Shown here piece after piece: positions 36,169 to 46,095 of a stretch of 64,000 bases of DNA. A model generated the notes under the pieces. It was given only the letters and a program-made list of their open reading frames with translations. It was not told the origin of the DNA and made no database searches. The position numbers and the translations under genes were made by a program. The stretch lies in IMG/VR virus record IMGVR_UViG_3300027747_004417, one strand, 5' to 3'. Positions within the stretch are counted from its first letter, which is position 1. Each line of letters starts with the position of its first letter. The stretch is from a virus.

Positions 36169-36699
36169 ATGAGTTTTGATGAATTCTTAAATGTTTTTAA
36201 GAGGATAGAGGGTATCAAGATAATTGAATCTAAAGATGGTCCATATTTTATTAGCTATTCTGTTTTATTAGATAATACACAAAAAGAAATAGAATTTATA
36301 GTAAATGAACTAAAAAACACTTTTGCTTGCGACATATCACTTCATAATATAGATGACAATTCATTTAAGTTTGTTTTAGGGTCTATAGACTTAGAGTCAA
36401 ACCTAAAATCCATCTCAGAAAAGATATTGGAATTAGTCAGCAAACAAGAAGATAACAGAAAAAGCAAGTACAAAGAGTTTGGTTTACCTGATTTATCCTT
36501 GGTTACCATAAAGCAAATGGTAGAAGAACTAAAAAAGCGTAAAAACTTAGTATTTTCTTTAGTTTGGATAGAGAATAACGAGAGAGATAACATAGCAATA
36601 GAAGGCTCAGGAAACCCTACGCAACTAGTAGGATTGCTTGCTAGGGGCGTTCACATGGCTATCGAATGGGCAGACCGCAGTATAAGATTCAATAAATAA
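36169..36699 (+). CDS. Hypothetical protein
   Basis: AGGAGG RBS. Confidence 0.75.
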   Translation: MSFDEFLNVFKRIEGIKIIESKDGPYFISYSVLLDNTQKEIEFIVNELKNTFACDISLHNIDDNSFKFVLGSIDLESNLKSISEKILELVSKQEDNRKSKYKEFGLPDLSLVTIKQMVEELKKRKNLVFSLVWIENNERDNIAIEGSGNPTQLVGLLARGVHMAIEWADRSIRFNK

Positions 36700-36721
36700 T
36701 TTCTATATATTGTGGAGAAAA

Positions 36722-37279
36722 ATGACATATCAATCTAGCCCAATAATAACCGAGAAGCAAAAACAAGTAATATATGGAACTATATTGGGGGGGTCCTCTA
36801 TAATTATGCCAAGCAAGGGAAAGAACTTTTATTTGGCCATGAGGGACAAAGATCAAACATGGCTTTCTTACAAGGTTAACTTACTTAGCAATCTTTTTAA
36901 AACAGAAGAGTCTATAAAAAAGGATGGAACAACTTATAGAGCTTACAGTGTATCCTACCCAGTTTTTAAGGATATACATTCTCTTTTTTACAAAGGTAAA
37001 GACAAAATAATCAATAGAAACGTTTTGGATCTTTTGACGGACCAGGCTTGGATGATCTGGTTTATAGACGCAGGTAGAAGAAGTAAGAGAAAGTGCTATT
37101 TGAGGACTAATAAATTTAAAGAAGATGGAACTAAAAGTATTGTTAAATACTTTAATTCTTTAGATTGTGATTGTGAAATGCACAAATGTCGCAACAGATA
37201 CGAAGTCGTTTTTACAAACAAAGGTTCTGCTGAGTTTTTAAGTATAATCAATCCTTGTAAGCCAAGCTTCTTACCTTAG
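36722..37279 (+). CDS. Degenerate LAGLIDADG-family protein
   Basis: VIYGTILGGSSI and AWMIWFIDAGR occupy the two LAGLIDADG helix positions; GGAG RBS before ATG 36722. Confidence 0.7.
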   Translation: MTYQSSPIITEKQKQVIYGTILGGSSIIMPSKGKNFYLAMRDKDQTWLSYKVNLLSNLFKTEESIKKDGTTYRAYSVSYPVFKDIHSLFYKGKDKIINRNVLDLLTDQAWMIWFIDAGRRSKRKCYLRTNKFKEDGTKSIVKYFNSLDCDCEMHKCRNRYEVVFTNKGSAEFLSIINPCKPSFLP

Positions 37280-37611
37280 ATGCTATTCTTTATTGCTTTT
37301 TTAGACATAGAAACAGCACGCTTTACAAGCAATCTACCCGCTGTTCTTAAAAATGGCAAGTTTCTTTTTTTTGCTTCTTCTTCTAACCAATCAACTATGG
37401 TCTCAACGTTTTGCTCACACCATTCATTGCCATTGATATTCATTGTCGTGGCTTTTCTTTTACAACCACAGTTAGGAGCAGCCTTGATTCCTACACTCTC
37501 AAGTATTTGAGATAACATGGTGCCTGGCCCATAGGGATACGATAGAGAAGCAGGTGCTGGTCTAGGTTTTGGGTTTTTATATGACTGTTTTTCTAATATA
37601 GCTGTTTTCAT
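37276..37611 (-). CDS. Hypothetical protein (GPGT...CxC family)
   Basis: GPGTMLSQIL, PNCGC, WCEQNVETIVDWLEEEAKKR; follows the PT-rich gene. Confidence 0.75.
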   Translation of the reverse strand: MKTAILEKQSYKNPKPRPAPASLSYPYGPGTMLSQILESVGIKAAPNCGCKRKATTMNINGNEWCEQNVETIVDWLEEEAKKRNLPFLRTAGRLLVKRAVSMSKKAIKNSI

Positions 37612-37642
37612 ACATTTATTATAGTTTGTTTAGAAATATTTT

Positions 37643-40078
37643 TTAAGGTACGCATGGAGCATAGAACGGTGCCCCGCAAACTCTTTCTCCGTTAGCATTT
37701 GTCATGTCGGGATGACAATTGTCTGTGCAGGATCCAAGAGAATATTCATAATACCCTGGGCATTTCCCACCAGGAGCGTTTATACAATCGTCACCAGCCT
37801 CAGAATTATAGCACTGCCATATAAAAACTACTTCCCCATCACACCACGGTGGGGGGGGTGGAGTTTGGGGGGGTGGAGTTTGGTAAGTTGGTGGGGGTGT
37901 AGGCACAGGTATACATGTATAGTTTTCACATGTATAACCTGAAGGGCATCCGCAGAATCCACCGCACTCATCGCTTAAACCACAGCCATTTTCTAGACAC
38001 TTAGGAACACATTTGGTAGGAGTCGGATAAGGAGTCGGATAAGGAGTCGGATAAGGAGTGTAAGTAGGTGGATATGTTGGTGGCACCGTAGGTGTAGGTG
38101 TTTCACAGTAGCTACACGGCAAGCACATGCCACGGCAGTAGCACCAATCGCATGGACAACATGTAATTCCGGTGTCCGTTGTAAACGGACACAGCAGTAT
38201 GATTTTACATGGATCTGGATATGTTGGCGTAGGTGGAACAGTTGGCGTTGGCTCCGGTGTAGGCGTAGGCTCGTCCGTGGGCGTAGGCGTTGGTGGTTTT
38301 GTTGGTGTAGGCGTTGGTGGTTTTGTTGGTGTAGGTTCTGGGGTTTTTGTTGGCGTGCTTGTTGGTGTGCCTGTTGGTGTGCCTGTTGGAGTTCCTGTTG
38401 GAGTCTCTGTTGGAGTCTCTGTTGGAGTCTCTGTTGGAGTCTCTGTTGGAGTCTCTGTTGGAGTCTCTGTTGGAGTCTCTGTTGGAGTTTCTGTTGGAGT
38501 CTCTGTTGGAGTTTCTGTTGGAGTTTCTGTTGGAGTTTCTGTTGGAGTTTCTGTTGGTGTTTCTGTTGGTGTTTCTGTTGGTGTTTCTGTTGGTGTTTCT
38601 GTTGGTGTTTCTGTTGGTGTTTCTGTTGGTGTTTCTGTTGGCTTTCCCGTAGTCGTTACCGTAGGCGTTGGCGTGGGCGACGGCGTTGGTGTTGGCGTTG
38701 GTGTTGATTCAACGCATGTCCCAGAGCCACTTCCGTCCTCCTGACACACGTATCCATCTGGACATCCACAGAAGGTTTCAATGCAATTATTAATGTTGCA
38801 TCCTGGATCACCCCCGCAAATATAACCTGTACCACACCTTGGGGCTGATCCTTCTGGGCCTTGCAACACCGGGATGTAATCATAGCCACCGTATGGGTTA
38901 GCAGTCTTAACCATTACAAATTCATTCTGTGGGCAACCTGGGCAGGTCACTACTGGTGTTGGAGTGGGTGGTTCTGTAGGCGTTGGAGTAGGTGGAGTTG
39001 TTGTTGGAGTTGTTGTTGGTGTTTCTGTTGGTGTTTCTGTTGGTGTTTCTGTTGGTGTTTCTGTTGGTGTTTCTGTTGGTGTTTCTGTTGGAGTTTCTGT
39101 TGGAGTTTCTGTTGGTGTACTTGTTGGAGTTAGAGTGTTAGTGTTAGTTGGTGTAGGAGTAGGAGTGTTAGTTGGTGTAGGAGTAGGAGTACAACCTAAA
39201 TCACAATCTTTTTTACTCTTATAACATCCATCACAGGGAGATCCATTGTCTACACAGTTTCCATCAATACACATCCAATTACAGTCACTACACTGACACT
39301 CACATGTACCACAACCAGGCAAGCTAGGATCGTACACCCAAACGCCAGGCAATCCACCTGGGCACGGTGATTTTTCACGACATAACTTTTGTAATTCTTC
39401 AATATTAGTACATTCTGGTGTTGTTGTTGGTGTTGTTGTTGGTGTTTCTGTTGGTGTTTCTGTTGGTGTTTCTGTTGGAGTTTCTGTTGGAGTTTCTGTT
39501 GGAGTTTCTGTTGGAGTTGTTGTTGGAGTTGTTGTTGGTGTTGTTGTTGGTGTTTCTGTTGGTGTTTCTGTTGGTGTTTCTGTTGGTGTTTCTGTTGGTG
39601 TGTATGTTGGTGTTTCTGTTGGTGTGTATGTTGGTGTTTCTGTTGGTGTGTATGTTGGTGTGTATGTTGGTGTTTCTGTAATAGTTGGAGTTGGGGTAGC
39701 TGTAGGACAAACAGGTATTGAACTATAGTATTCTTCTCCAAAATCTGAACAATACTGCGGTTTGCAGTTTTGATTTATTACGCCTATGTAAACTTTTTTG
39801 GTAACAGACTCATAGGTTCCGTCTAGATTACAGTAATAACATGTTGTGTCTTCGTATTTTACACAATTATACGTTAACATTTCTTCGCATGTTTTTGCAC
39901 ATGCACAAAGGCAATCTGTTTGTCCTTTGTAACATGGGTCCTGCGTGCATTTTCCGAAAGTGCAGTTGCTAGCACAGTCATATCCTTCACAACCAGAAGT
40001 ACATGGTTTAGCAAGGGAAAATACTACGTTTCCTAAGTCATTTAAGAAACCTTTTAATCTATCCCTTATTTTTACCAT
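37643..40078 (-). CDS. 811-aa mucin-like protein: Cys-rich modules separated by Pro/Thr repeat stalks
   Basis: Three TPTE/TPTP blocks alternate with Cys-rich modules (e.g. [18 protein letters not shown]). Confidence 0.9.
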   Translation of the reverse strand: MVKIRDRLKGFLNDLGNVVFSLAKPCTSGCEGYDCASNCTFGKCTQDPCYKGQTDCLCACAKTCEEMLTYNCVKYEDTTCYYCNLDGTYESVTKKVYIGVINQNCKPQYCSDFGEEYYSSIPVCPTATPTPTITETPTYTPTYTPTETPTYTPTETPTYTPTETPTETPTETPTETPTTTPTTTPTTTPTETPTETPTETPTETPTETPTETPTTTPTTTPECTNIEELQKLCREKSPCPGGLPGVWVYDPSLPGCGTCECQCSDCNWMCIDGNCVDNGSPCDGCYKSKKDCDLGCTPTPTPTNTPTPTPTNTNTLTPTSTPTETPTETPTETPTETPTETPTETPTETPTETPTTTPTTTPPTPTPTEPPTPTPVVTCPGCPQNEFVMVKTANPYGGYDYIPVLQGPEGSAPRCGTGYICGGDPGCNINNCIETFCGCPDGYVCQEDGSGSGTCVESTPTPTPTPSPTPTPTVTTTGKPTETPTETPTETPTETPTETPTETPTETPTETPTETPTETPTETPTETPTETPTETPTETPTETPTETPTETPTETPTETPTGTPTGTPTGTPTSTPTKTPEPTPTKPPTPTPTKPPTPTPTDEPTPTPEPTPTVPPTPTYPDPCKIILLCPFTTDTGITCCPCDWCYCRGMCLPCSYCETPTPTVPPTYPPTYTPYPTPYPTPYPTPTKCVPKCLENGCGLSDECGGFCGCPSGYTCENYTCIPVPTPPPTYQTPPPQTPPPPPWCDGEVVFIWQCYNSEAGDDCINAPGGKCPGYYEYSLGSCTDNCHPDMTNANGERVCGAPFYAPCVP
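38250..39700 (-). repeat. Three blocks of 12-nt tandem repeats ([12 protein letters not shown])
   Basis: Plus-strand units ggagtctctgtt / ggagtttctgtt / ggtgtttctgtt; about 20 consecutive units at 38400-38639. Confidence 0.95.
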
Positions 40079-41369
40079 AATTTTCTACCAAAAAGCTGAT
40101 TTTTATTAGATCTATTTCGTTTTTTTCTCCATAGTTCAATAAATTATTTATGTTATCTATGATCGTTTTTTGGTCATCAGAATTTAACTGAGAGGAGGAA
40201 ACTATTTCTAAATAGTTTCCTGAGCACCTTACTTCTTTTATTTCTTTAAAAAATGATAGTTTCTCTCTTACCTTTAGGATGCTTTTACCTTTTATTAGGA
40301 ATGGTCTATTATCTAAAAACTCAAATTCTCTGTACAATCTACCGCAATCACATCTTTGATAATTTTTATTGTCTATTTTACATAAATCTCCGTTCCAATA
40401 GTTAACAAAAGGACTCGCTAAGGAGAAATAATCTGTTGATATTAGTTTATTGTCTTTCTCCACGCACCACGATATATTGTCCATTAAATGGTAGTTTTCT
40501 TCTTTACATGTAAAGAATGTCGCACCACCATCCCAGCATCTCATGTGATCGCAAATACTATCAAAAAGATTGTTATCTTTTACATATTTGATTGTCTTTG
40601 CCATGAGCTTTTCATTTGTATTGCTGAGAAGTGTAGAAATTTTTACATTTAAGTTTTTTCTTTGTAGGTAATTACACAGAGCACTTAAGTTGGGACCAGT
40701 AGTAAATGTCACATCTATTTTATTATTTTTAATGTGGTTCACTAGATAGTGAAAAAAAGCATCACTGTTTTGCCTAAAAGCTTCAAAGTTTGTGTAATGA
40801 ATTGTTCCATTTCTCTTTCTTCCATGATGCTCCATAAAGTTTTTAGAGTCGCTTCTTACTTCTATGACTTCTTTAATTGGCAACTTTAGGTCAAAAAAGA
40901 ATAAAATATTGGGTTGCTCTTTGATGTTGAATTCATCCAAAATAAGATCATAATGATTATCGCACTCTATAAAGTGCAAAAAGTCTTCCCATCTTCGATA
41001 GGAGAAAGAATAACCAGTGGTGCTACCACTTGTAGCCATAGGGCATGAGTTTATCTCTTCAACATACCACTTATCTTTGTTTATAAGATCCGCCTTTTCA
41101 GCGAATTCCTTTCGTTCTAGATAAGAAAATATAGGGCTTTTTTCTTGTGCCCAAAGATGTATGTTTAGTATAAGAAGCTTTATAGTATCTCTTACTAGGT
41201 CTTCATCTTCATATAAGAGATTAGTGCATATCTTTTTGTAGTCAAAAAGCATTTGCTTGCTTGGAAGCTCTTTGTTGCTCCATTTTTTAATGAAGCTTAT
41301 TACTTCCTGTGTATTCCGCATCCCTCTCTTAGAAAAAAGTTCAAAGTTATCTTGTTTGTATGAGCCCAT
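40059..41369 (-). CDS. Phenylacetate-CoA ligase/CapK-like adenylate-forming protein
   Basis: P-loop [27 protein letters not shown]. Confidence 0.7.
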   Translation of the reverse strand: MGSYKQDNFELFSKRGMRNTQEVISFIKKWSNKELPSKQMLFDYKKICTNLLYEDEDLVRDTIKLLILNIHLWAQEKSPIFSYLERKEFAEKADLINKDKWYVEEINSCPMATSGSTTGYSFSYRRWEDFLHFIECDNHYDLILDEFNIKEQPNILFFFDLKLPIKEVIEVRSDSKNFMEHHGRKRNGTIHYTNFEAFRQNSDAFFHYLVNHIKNNKIDVTFTTGPNLSALCNYLQRKNLNVKISTLLSNTNEKLMAKTIKYVKDNNLFDSICDHMRCWDGGATFFTCKEENYHLMDNISWCVEKDNKLISTDYFSLASPFVNYWNGDLCKIDNKNYQRCDCGRLYREFEFLDNRPFLIKGKSILKVREKLSFFKEIKEVRCSGNYLEIVSSSQLNSDDQKTIIDNINNLLNYGEKNEIDLIKISFLVENYGKNKG

Positions 41370-41971
41370 TTAAAGTCTTTCCATCTAGAAACAAGGTCCC
41401 AATCGTTACATTTTTTTACATATCTCCAACCACCAAACTTATTTATTAACCATCTTTTGTGCATTATCTCTGAGCTATCTATGTAGCCTTGTTTTGGGGC
41501 ATTATTATGAATTCTTTGCCCAACAACTTTGAGATTATTATCTATAAGTCTAGTACCAGTGTATGCCATATCTGAATCATTATCTTTGATAACTTTGTAT
41601 AGGCTTTCAATGTGATCTTTTTCAAACCAGTTATCGTCGTCAAGATAACAGATTATGTTATTGTCACTATTCATTATTGCAAAGTTTCTCGGACCCCAAC
41701 CTGCTCCGCTACAATGCATCGGAAGATTGAAGTATTTGAACCTACAGTCTTTTTTTGCAACACTTTTGCAGAAAACATCTGCTTCTTTGCATAAGTCACA
41801 TTCAATGCAATTTAGTTCAGACTTAGAGCATGAGTCTTTGATTAGGAAACAGTCAAAGTGAGGATATGTTTGCTCTATTACAGAGTTAGTGGATCTTTCA
41901 ATCCATTCTATTGGTGAGTGATATGTGGGTAAGCAAACCAATATTTTTTCGGGTTGTTTGTACCGTAGCAT
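41300..41971 (-). CDS. GT2 glycosyltransferase
   Basis: VCLPTYH, GPRNFAI, ICYLDDDNW, IDSSEIMH, DWDL; AAGGAGGTG RBS before ATG 41971. Confidence 0.88.
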   Translation of the reverse strand: MLRYKQPEKILVCLPTYHSPIEWIERSTNSVIEQTYPHFDCFLIKDSCSKSELNCIECDLCKEADVFCKSVAKKDCRFKYFNLPMHCSGAGWGPRNFAIMNSDNNIICYLDDDNWFEKDHIESLYKVIKDNDSDMAYTGTRLIDNNLKVVGQRIHNNAPKQGYIDSSEIMHKRWLINKFGGWRYVKKCNDWDLVSRWKDFKWAHTNKITLNFFLREGCGIHRK

Positions 41972-42017
41972 CCACCTCCTTGCGGCCAAAAGCTAATTTC
42001 GAATTAGCCAGCATTCC

Positions 42018-42045
42018 TTGACAAAACTTTCAGCTGTGGTATATA
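42018..42045 (+). promoter_or_regulatory. sigma70-like promoter
   Basis: TTGACA-16bp-TATATA with TGn extended -10. Confidence 0.7.
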
Positions 42046-42157
42046 GGATTTTTGTCTTCGATTTTACAATGGGGTTTTCCGTGCTAAACTCATACTAACG
42101 GTCCATTTCGAACGCTTCGATTTGGAGTGCCGTGCTACATCAGTTACGAGGTGATTA

Positions 42158-43201
42158 ATGAGCGGATCTGTTGGATCTATAGCGGACCTTATGCTCGCGA
42201 AGCAAAAAAGGCTGCCGATACCTGATCTTGAAGTTAAACGAACCATTGTTTCGGATTCATCTGCCGAGCAGATAGAGGCGATTCAGCGTGAGGCTGTGAT
42301 CAACCGAGATCATTACCTTTCTGAGTCTCGACGTTCTGGTCTGCCTTGGTTCAAATGCATTCGTAAGCCCATCCAATATAGTGAGTTTGTCATGCTTACT
42401 AGAGAGATGGCAGAAGAAATTAAAAAAGACATCTGGTCGGTTGCCGAAGGCAACAGAAACATCAAAAGGCTCCACGTTGAAGCCTTGCAGCGTGACATTG
42501 AAGCAGGAAGATGGCTTCCAACTCATGAATCGATTGCAATCGATGTCAACGGCCAGACAAACGACGGCCAGCATCGCTTGACTGCTTTTTTGAATTCCTC
42601 AAAGTCTGAGGTTTGCTTCTACATCACTTTTAACGTCCTGCCGGAAGCCAAATTCGCTGTAGACAGTGGATCTAAGCGAAATACTGGTGAAAAGCTCTCC
42701 ATGATCATTGATAGAAAGTGGGGATCTAAGGTCACTGGCTTCTGTCGGGCTATAATGCGTGGAGTTAATGCAAAAGCCCGATATACAGATTCCGAGATCG
42801 CAGAATTTGCAACCACTTGGGAACCTGTGGTGGAATGGGTCATGGATCATTGCCCCAAAGCCGCTGCGGAGATTCAAGCTGCTATTGCCAAGATGTACAT
42901 TTTTTATGGTCCCGATCTTATCGCTGATTTTTGCGATAGATTCAGGAATGTACGCTTTATTGAAGAGGGTGATCCTGCGAAGGCCTTGTATGTTCAAGTG
43001 GACCGTATAAAGGGCTGTCCGGACCTTAAGAAATATCGGTTGACACTTAGTGCATTGAATGCACTAGTGAACAACAGAAAGGTTAAGGTCTTAAGAGAGA
43101 TCGATGGAGACATCTTTGATTGGGAAAAAGGTCGCTCTAATAGAGAGTGGAATGCTCCCAAGGATTCTTGGTGGGCAAGGGTTGGATCGAAGCAAGTTTG
43201 A
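42158..43201 (+). CDS. ParB/Srx-like DGQHR-motif protein
   Basis: NRNIKRLHVEALQRDIEAGRW...IAID...NDGQHRL; GAGGTG RBS. Confidence 0.75.
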   Translation: MSGSVGSIADLMLAKQKRLPIPDLEVKRTIVSDSSAEQIEAIQREAVINRDHYLSESRRSGLPWFKCIRKPIQYSEFVMLTREMAEEIKKDIWSVAEGNRNIKRLHVEALQRDIEAGRWLPTHESIAIDVNGQTNDGQHRLTAFLNSSKSEVCFYITFNVLPEAKFAVDSGSKRNTGEKLSMIIDRKWGSKVTGFCRAIMRGVNAKARYTDSEIAEFATTWEPVVEWVMDHCPKAAAEIQAAIAKMYIFYGPDLIADFCDRFRNVRFIEEGDPAKALYVQVDRIKGCPDLKKYRLTLSALNALVNNRKVKVLREIDGDIFDWEKGRSNREWNAPKDSWWARVGSKQV

Positions 43202-43221
43202 CCCTACAATGTGACCTAAGG

Positions 43222-43258
43222 AGGGGCTCTACGTGAAATACCGTAGAGCCCTTTTTTA
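43222..43258 (+). terminator. Intrinsic terminator
   Basis: gggctctacg/cgtagagccc stem then TTTTTT. Confidence 0.85.
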
Positions 43259-43282
43259 TAACTATGACAAAAGGTTGAGGCT

Positions 43283-44878
43283 ATGAATCAAATTAAGATA
43301 GATTTCTGGATAAGCAACAATCAAAATGTTTTGTTTTCCGGCAAGCATGGTGTTGGTAAAACAGCTATCGTAAAAGATTCATTTGAGCGTCATGGTCTTA
43401 ACTACAGGTACTTTTCCGCATCTACTATGGATCCTTGGGTGGACTTCATAGGAGTTCCTAAAGAAAAGTCCTTAGGGGCATCATCCGAACAAATGCTTTT
43501 AGTCAAAGATCTAATCCGTCTTGATCAAAAAATTGCTGTTGATTGGGTCATGAAAAACTGGGGCATGAGCAAAGAGTCCTCTGAGAAGATAGTCTCTAGC
43601 TTATCTCTTGGAAATGATACCTATTTAGAACTTGTTAGACCGGAAGTCTTTGCAACTGGTGAGATAGAAGCATTGTTCTTTGATGAATTCAACAGAAGTC
43701 CCAAGAAGGTTAGAAACGCAGTCATGGAGCTGCTGCAGTTTAAGTCAATCAATGGACATGTTTTTCCTAAATTAAGGCTAATATGGGCAGCTATCAACCC
43801 AGAAGATGATTCATTGAATTCTTATGATGTTGAAAAAATGGATCCGGCCCAAAAGGACAGATTTCATGTATTTGTATCTGTGCCCTACAAACCTAATGTT
43901 GAATGGTTTAGGGATAAGTACGGAAAAAAGATTGCAGATGCTTCTGTGTGTTGGTGGAATGAGTTAGAGAACAAGGATGAGGTTTCTCCTAGAAGGCTTC
44001 AATATGCCTTAGACACTTACTTAAAAAAGGGCGATCTTAGAGACGTTCTTCCTCCATCTAGCAATGTCTCAAAGCTATACAACGCACTCAGCAGCGGACC
44101 TGTTTTAGAAAAACTTCATGAATTTATGTCTAGCGGACGGCAAGAGGAAGCCATAGTATTTCTCTCAAATGAGAACAATTTTGCTTCTGCAATAAAGTAC
44201 ATAGTTAAATCAAACGATTTAATGGCATACTTTCTTCCTCTGATACCAAAGGAAAAAATATCTGCAATTCTCTCACAAAACGATAGCACTTCTTCGTTCA
44301 TAATTTCCAACTCTCTTCGTGTGCCAGTTTTTAAAGAGATTTGTGGCGAAGTAATAAAGGCATCAACAAACAGTTCCTTAGTAAAAAAAATACGTAGACA
44401 TTTTACAGAATCTCAGTTTGTTATGAACGAAGGAGTTGGGAAGTGTAAATTCTTCTGCAATAAGAATGTAGACCAAAACGTCTGGGTGGACCTGTTGAAG
44501 GCGATGTCAACTCTGGATACAAGAAAAGATAGGCTCAATATAATGTCCAACATAGCCTCAAATATACCGGAAAATATTTATTTGCCACAGATAAAAACTT
44601 GTCTTGACCTTATTTCTAAGCTAGACCCTGAGCCGTCAGAGATTGTTGAAGGAACGATAAAAGCTACTCCTTGGTCGAATTTTGTTGAGATCGTCAACCA
44701 TTTAATTCGTGAGGGTATTTCTTTATCATCTTTGGACAAAGAATTTCTTCCTGTGCCTCGTGATCAAGCTTTGATATCGTTTAAAGAATCCAACATTCAA
44801 TCCTTATCAAAGATCTATGCGGCTATAAAGTTGGCTGGTTTTGAGGAATCAGTAATTAGATCGTGCGAGCAATTATGA
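43283..44878 (+). CDS. MoxR/dynein-related AAA+ ATPase with helical C-terminal extension
   Basis: GKHGVGKT, LFFDEFNR, WAAINP, DPAQKDRF, SPRR. Confidence 0.85.
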   Translation: MNQIKIDFWISNNQNVLFSGKHGVGKTAIVKDSFERHGLNYRYFSASTMDPWVDFIGVPKEKSLGASSEQMLLVKDLIRLDQKIAVDWVMKNWGMSKESSEKIVSSLSLGNDTYLELVRPEVFATGEIEALFFDEFNRSPKKVRNAVMELLQFKSINGHVFPKLRLIWAAINPEDDSLNSYDVEKMDPAQKDRFHVFVSVPYKPNVEWFRDKYGKKIADASVCWWNELENKDEVSPRRLQYALDTYLKKGDLRDVLPPSSNVSKLYNALSSGPVLEKLHEFMSSGRQEEAIVFLSNENNFASAIKYIVKSNDLMAYFLPLIPKEKISAILSQNDSTSSFIISNSLRVPVFKEICGEVIKASTNSSLVKKIRRHFTESQFVMNEGVGKCKFFCNKNVDQNVWVDLLKAMSTLDTRKDRLNIMSNIASNIPENIYLPQIKTCLDLISKLDPEPSEIVEGTIKATPWSNFVEIVNHLIREGISLSSLDKEFLPVPRDQALISFKESNIQSLSKIYAAIKLAGFEESVIRSCEQL

Positions 44879-46086
44879 GCATCAAGATTGAAAATGATGA
44901 ATGGATGGATTTATTGTTCTCTTTGGAGAACCACCATGCGGTGTTTTACAAACTTTGGCAGATAGGCAAGCCTCTATTCACAGAAGAGATAGAGACCGCA
45001 GCCTGCCAGTTTGATAAGTCCGGTAACTTTGTTGTGTTTCTTTTTAACCCTGAATTTTGGAATAGCTTAGATCAGTATAACAGGCTGTTCGTAATATGTC
45101 ATGAATGCTTGCACTTGATGCTTAACCATGGAGTTCGTATTAAGGATTCTAAGTTTTCAAACAGACAAGCTTGTAATCAATGCTTAGATGTCGTTGTCAA
45201 TCACTTATTGGTTGAAAGCTTTAATTTCGATAGAAATAAGCTTTTTGATGGAGAAAGCTACTGTTGGGTTGACACAGTGTTCCCTGATACTAATGTTTCT
45301 ACAAAGGAGACTTTTGAGTATTACTATCAGCTTTTCGAAAAGTCTTATGGAGACGGATCACCTATAGCAGACACACATACTGTTGATGACCACAAAGCCA
45401 TGCAGTGTGATTCTTTCAACCCGATAGATGTTGTCTCGCAAATGTCTGACTTTGAAAAAGGCACACTCTCTGTTCTGTCAAAGCATATCGGACAGGAAAA
45501 AGGAAAAGATTGGGCGATAATTACTGGGCGACCAAAAATTAAGCAGAAGTGGGAAAGCGTGATCAAAAATTGGTCAATTAGAAGAAAAAAAGATATTACC
45601 AAAGAGTTGGAACAATGGGCTAGATTGAACAGAAGATTGTCTCCAATGCGATCAGACTTAATGCTCCCATCGGAGATGGAAGTTGATGACTGCTTATTTG
45701 AGAAATCCAAGATAAGAGTTTGCTTTTTTCTTGACTCCTCTGGCTCCTGTTGGCATCTAAAAGACAGGTTTTTTCAAGCGGCCTTGTCGCTTGACCCTAA
45801 AATGTTTAGTGTAGACCTTTTCTGTTTCGATGTGGCTGTCCACAAGGTGGACCAACGGGAATTGAAGGTTTTTGGAGGTGGTGGAACTTCATTTGCCATA
45901 ATAGAGAGCCACCTCCAAGACTCTGGCGAAAACTATCCGGATGGCGTATTCGTAATTACAGACGGGTTCGGAGACAAGGTTCTACCTAAGTTTCCAAATA
46001 GATGGAATTGGTTTCTTACGGAGGATGGAAGAGACTCTCTCTTGCCAAAAAACAGCAACGTTTATCAACTTTCAGACTTTGAATGA
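44875..46086 (+). CDS. DUF2201-like metallopeptidase + VWA domain protein
   Basis: HECLH (HExxH), MIDAS-like DSSGS, GGGGTSF, VITDG; ATGA coupling to the AAA gene. Confidence 0.85.
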   Translation: MSIKIENDEWMDLLFSLENHHAVFYKLWQIGKPLFTEEIETAACQFDKSGNFVVFLFNPEFWNSLDQYNRLFVICHECLHLMLNHGVRIKDSKFSNRQACNQCLDVVVNHLLVESFNFDRNKLFDGESYCWVDTVFPDTNVSTKETFEYYYQLFEKSYGDGSPIADTHTVDDHKAMQCDSFNPIDVVSQMSDFEKGTLSVLSKHIGQEKGKDWAIITGRPKIKQKWESVIKNWSIRRKKDITKELEQWARLNRRLSPMRSDLMLPSEMEVDDCLFEKSKIRVCFFLDSSGSCWHLKDRFFQAALSLDPKMFSVDLFCFDVAVHKVDQRELKVFGGGGTSFAIIESHLQDSGENYPDGVFVITDGFGDKVLPKFPNRWNWFLTEDGRDSLLPKNSNVYQLSDFE

Positions 46087-46095
46087 AATAGGAGA

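Noticed and set aside
38250-39700. Possible CRISPR array or DGR suggested by regular repeats
   Set aside because: Units are contiguous 12-mers without unique spacers and lie in frame in a CDS; no cas or reverse transcriptase gene in the window
38172-39741. Several long + strand ORFs (GVSV, LLES, CWCF, QQKH, NTNR repeats)
   Set aside because: Antisense and alternative-frame shadows of the stop-free 12-nt repeats in the 811-aa gene
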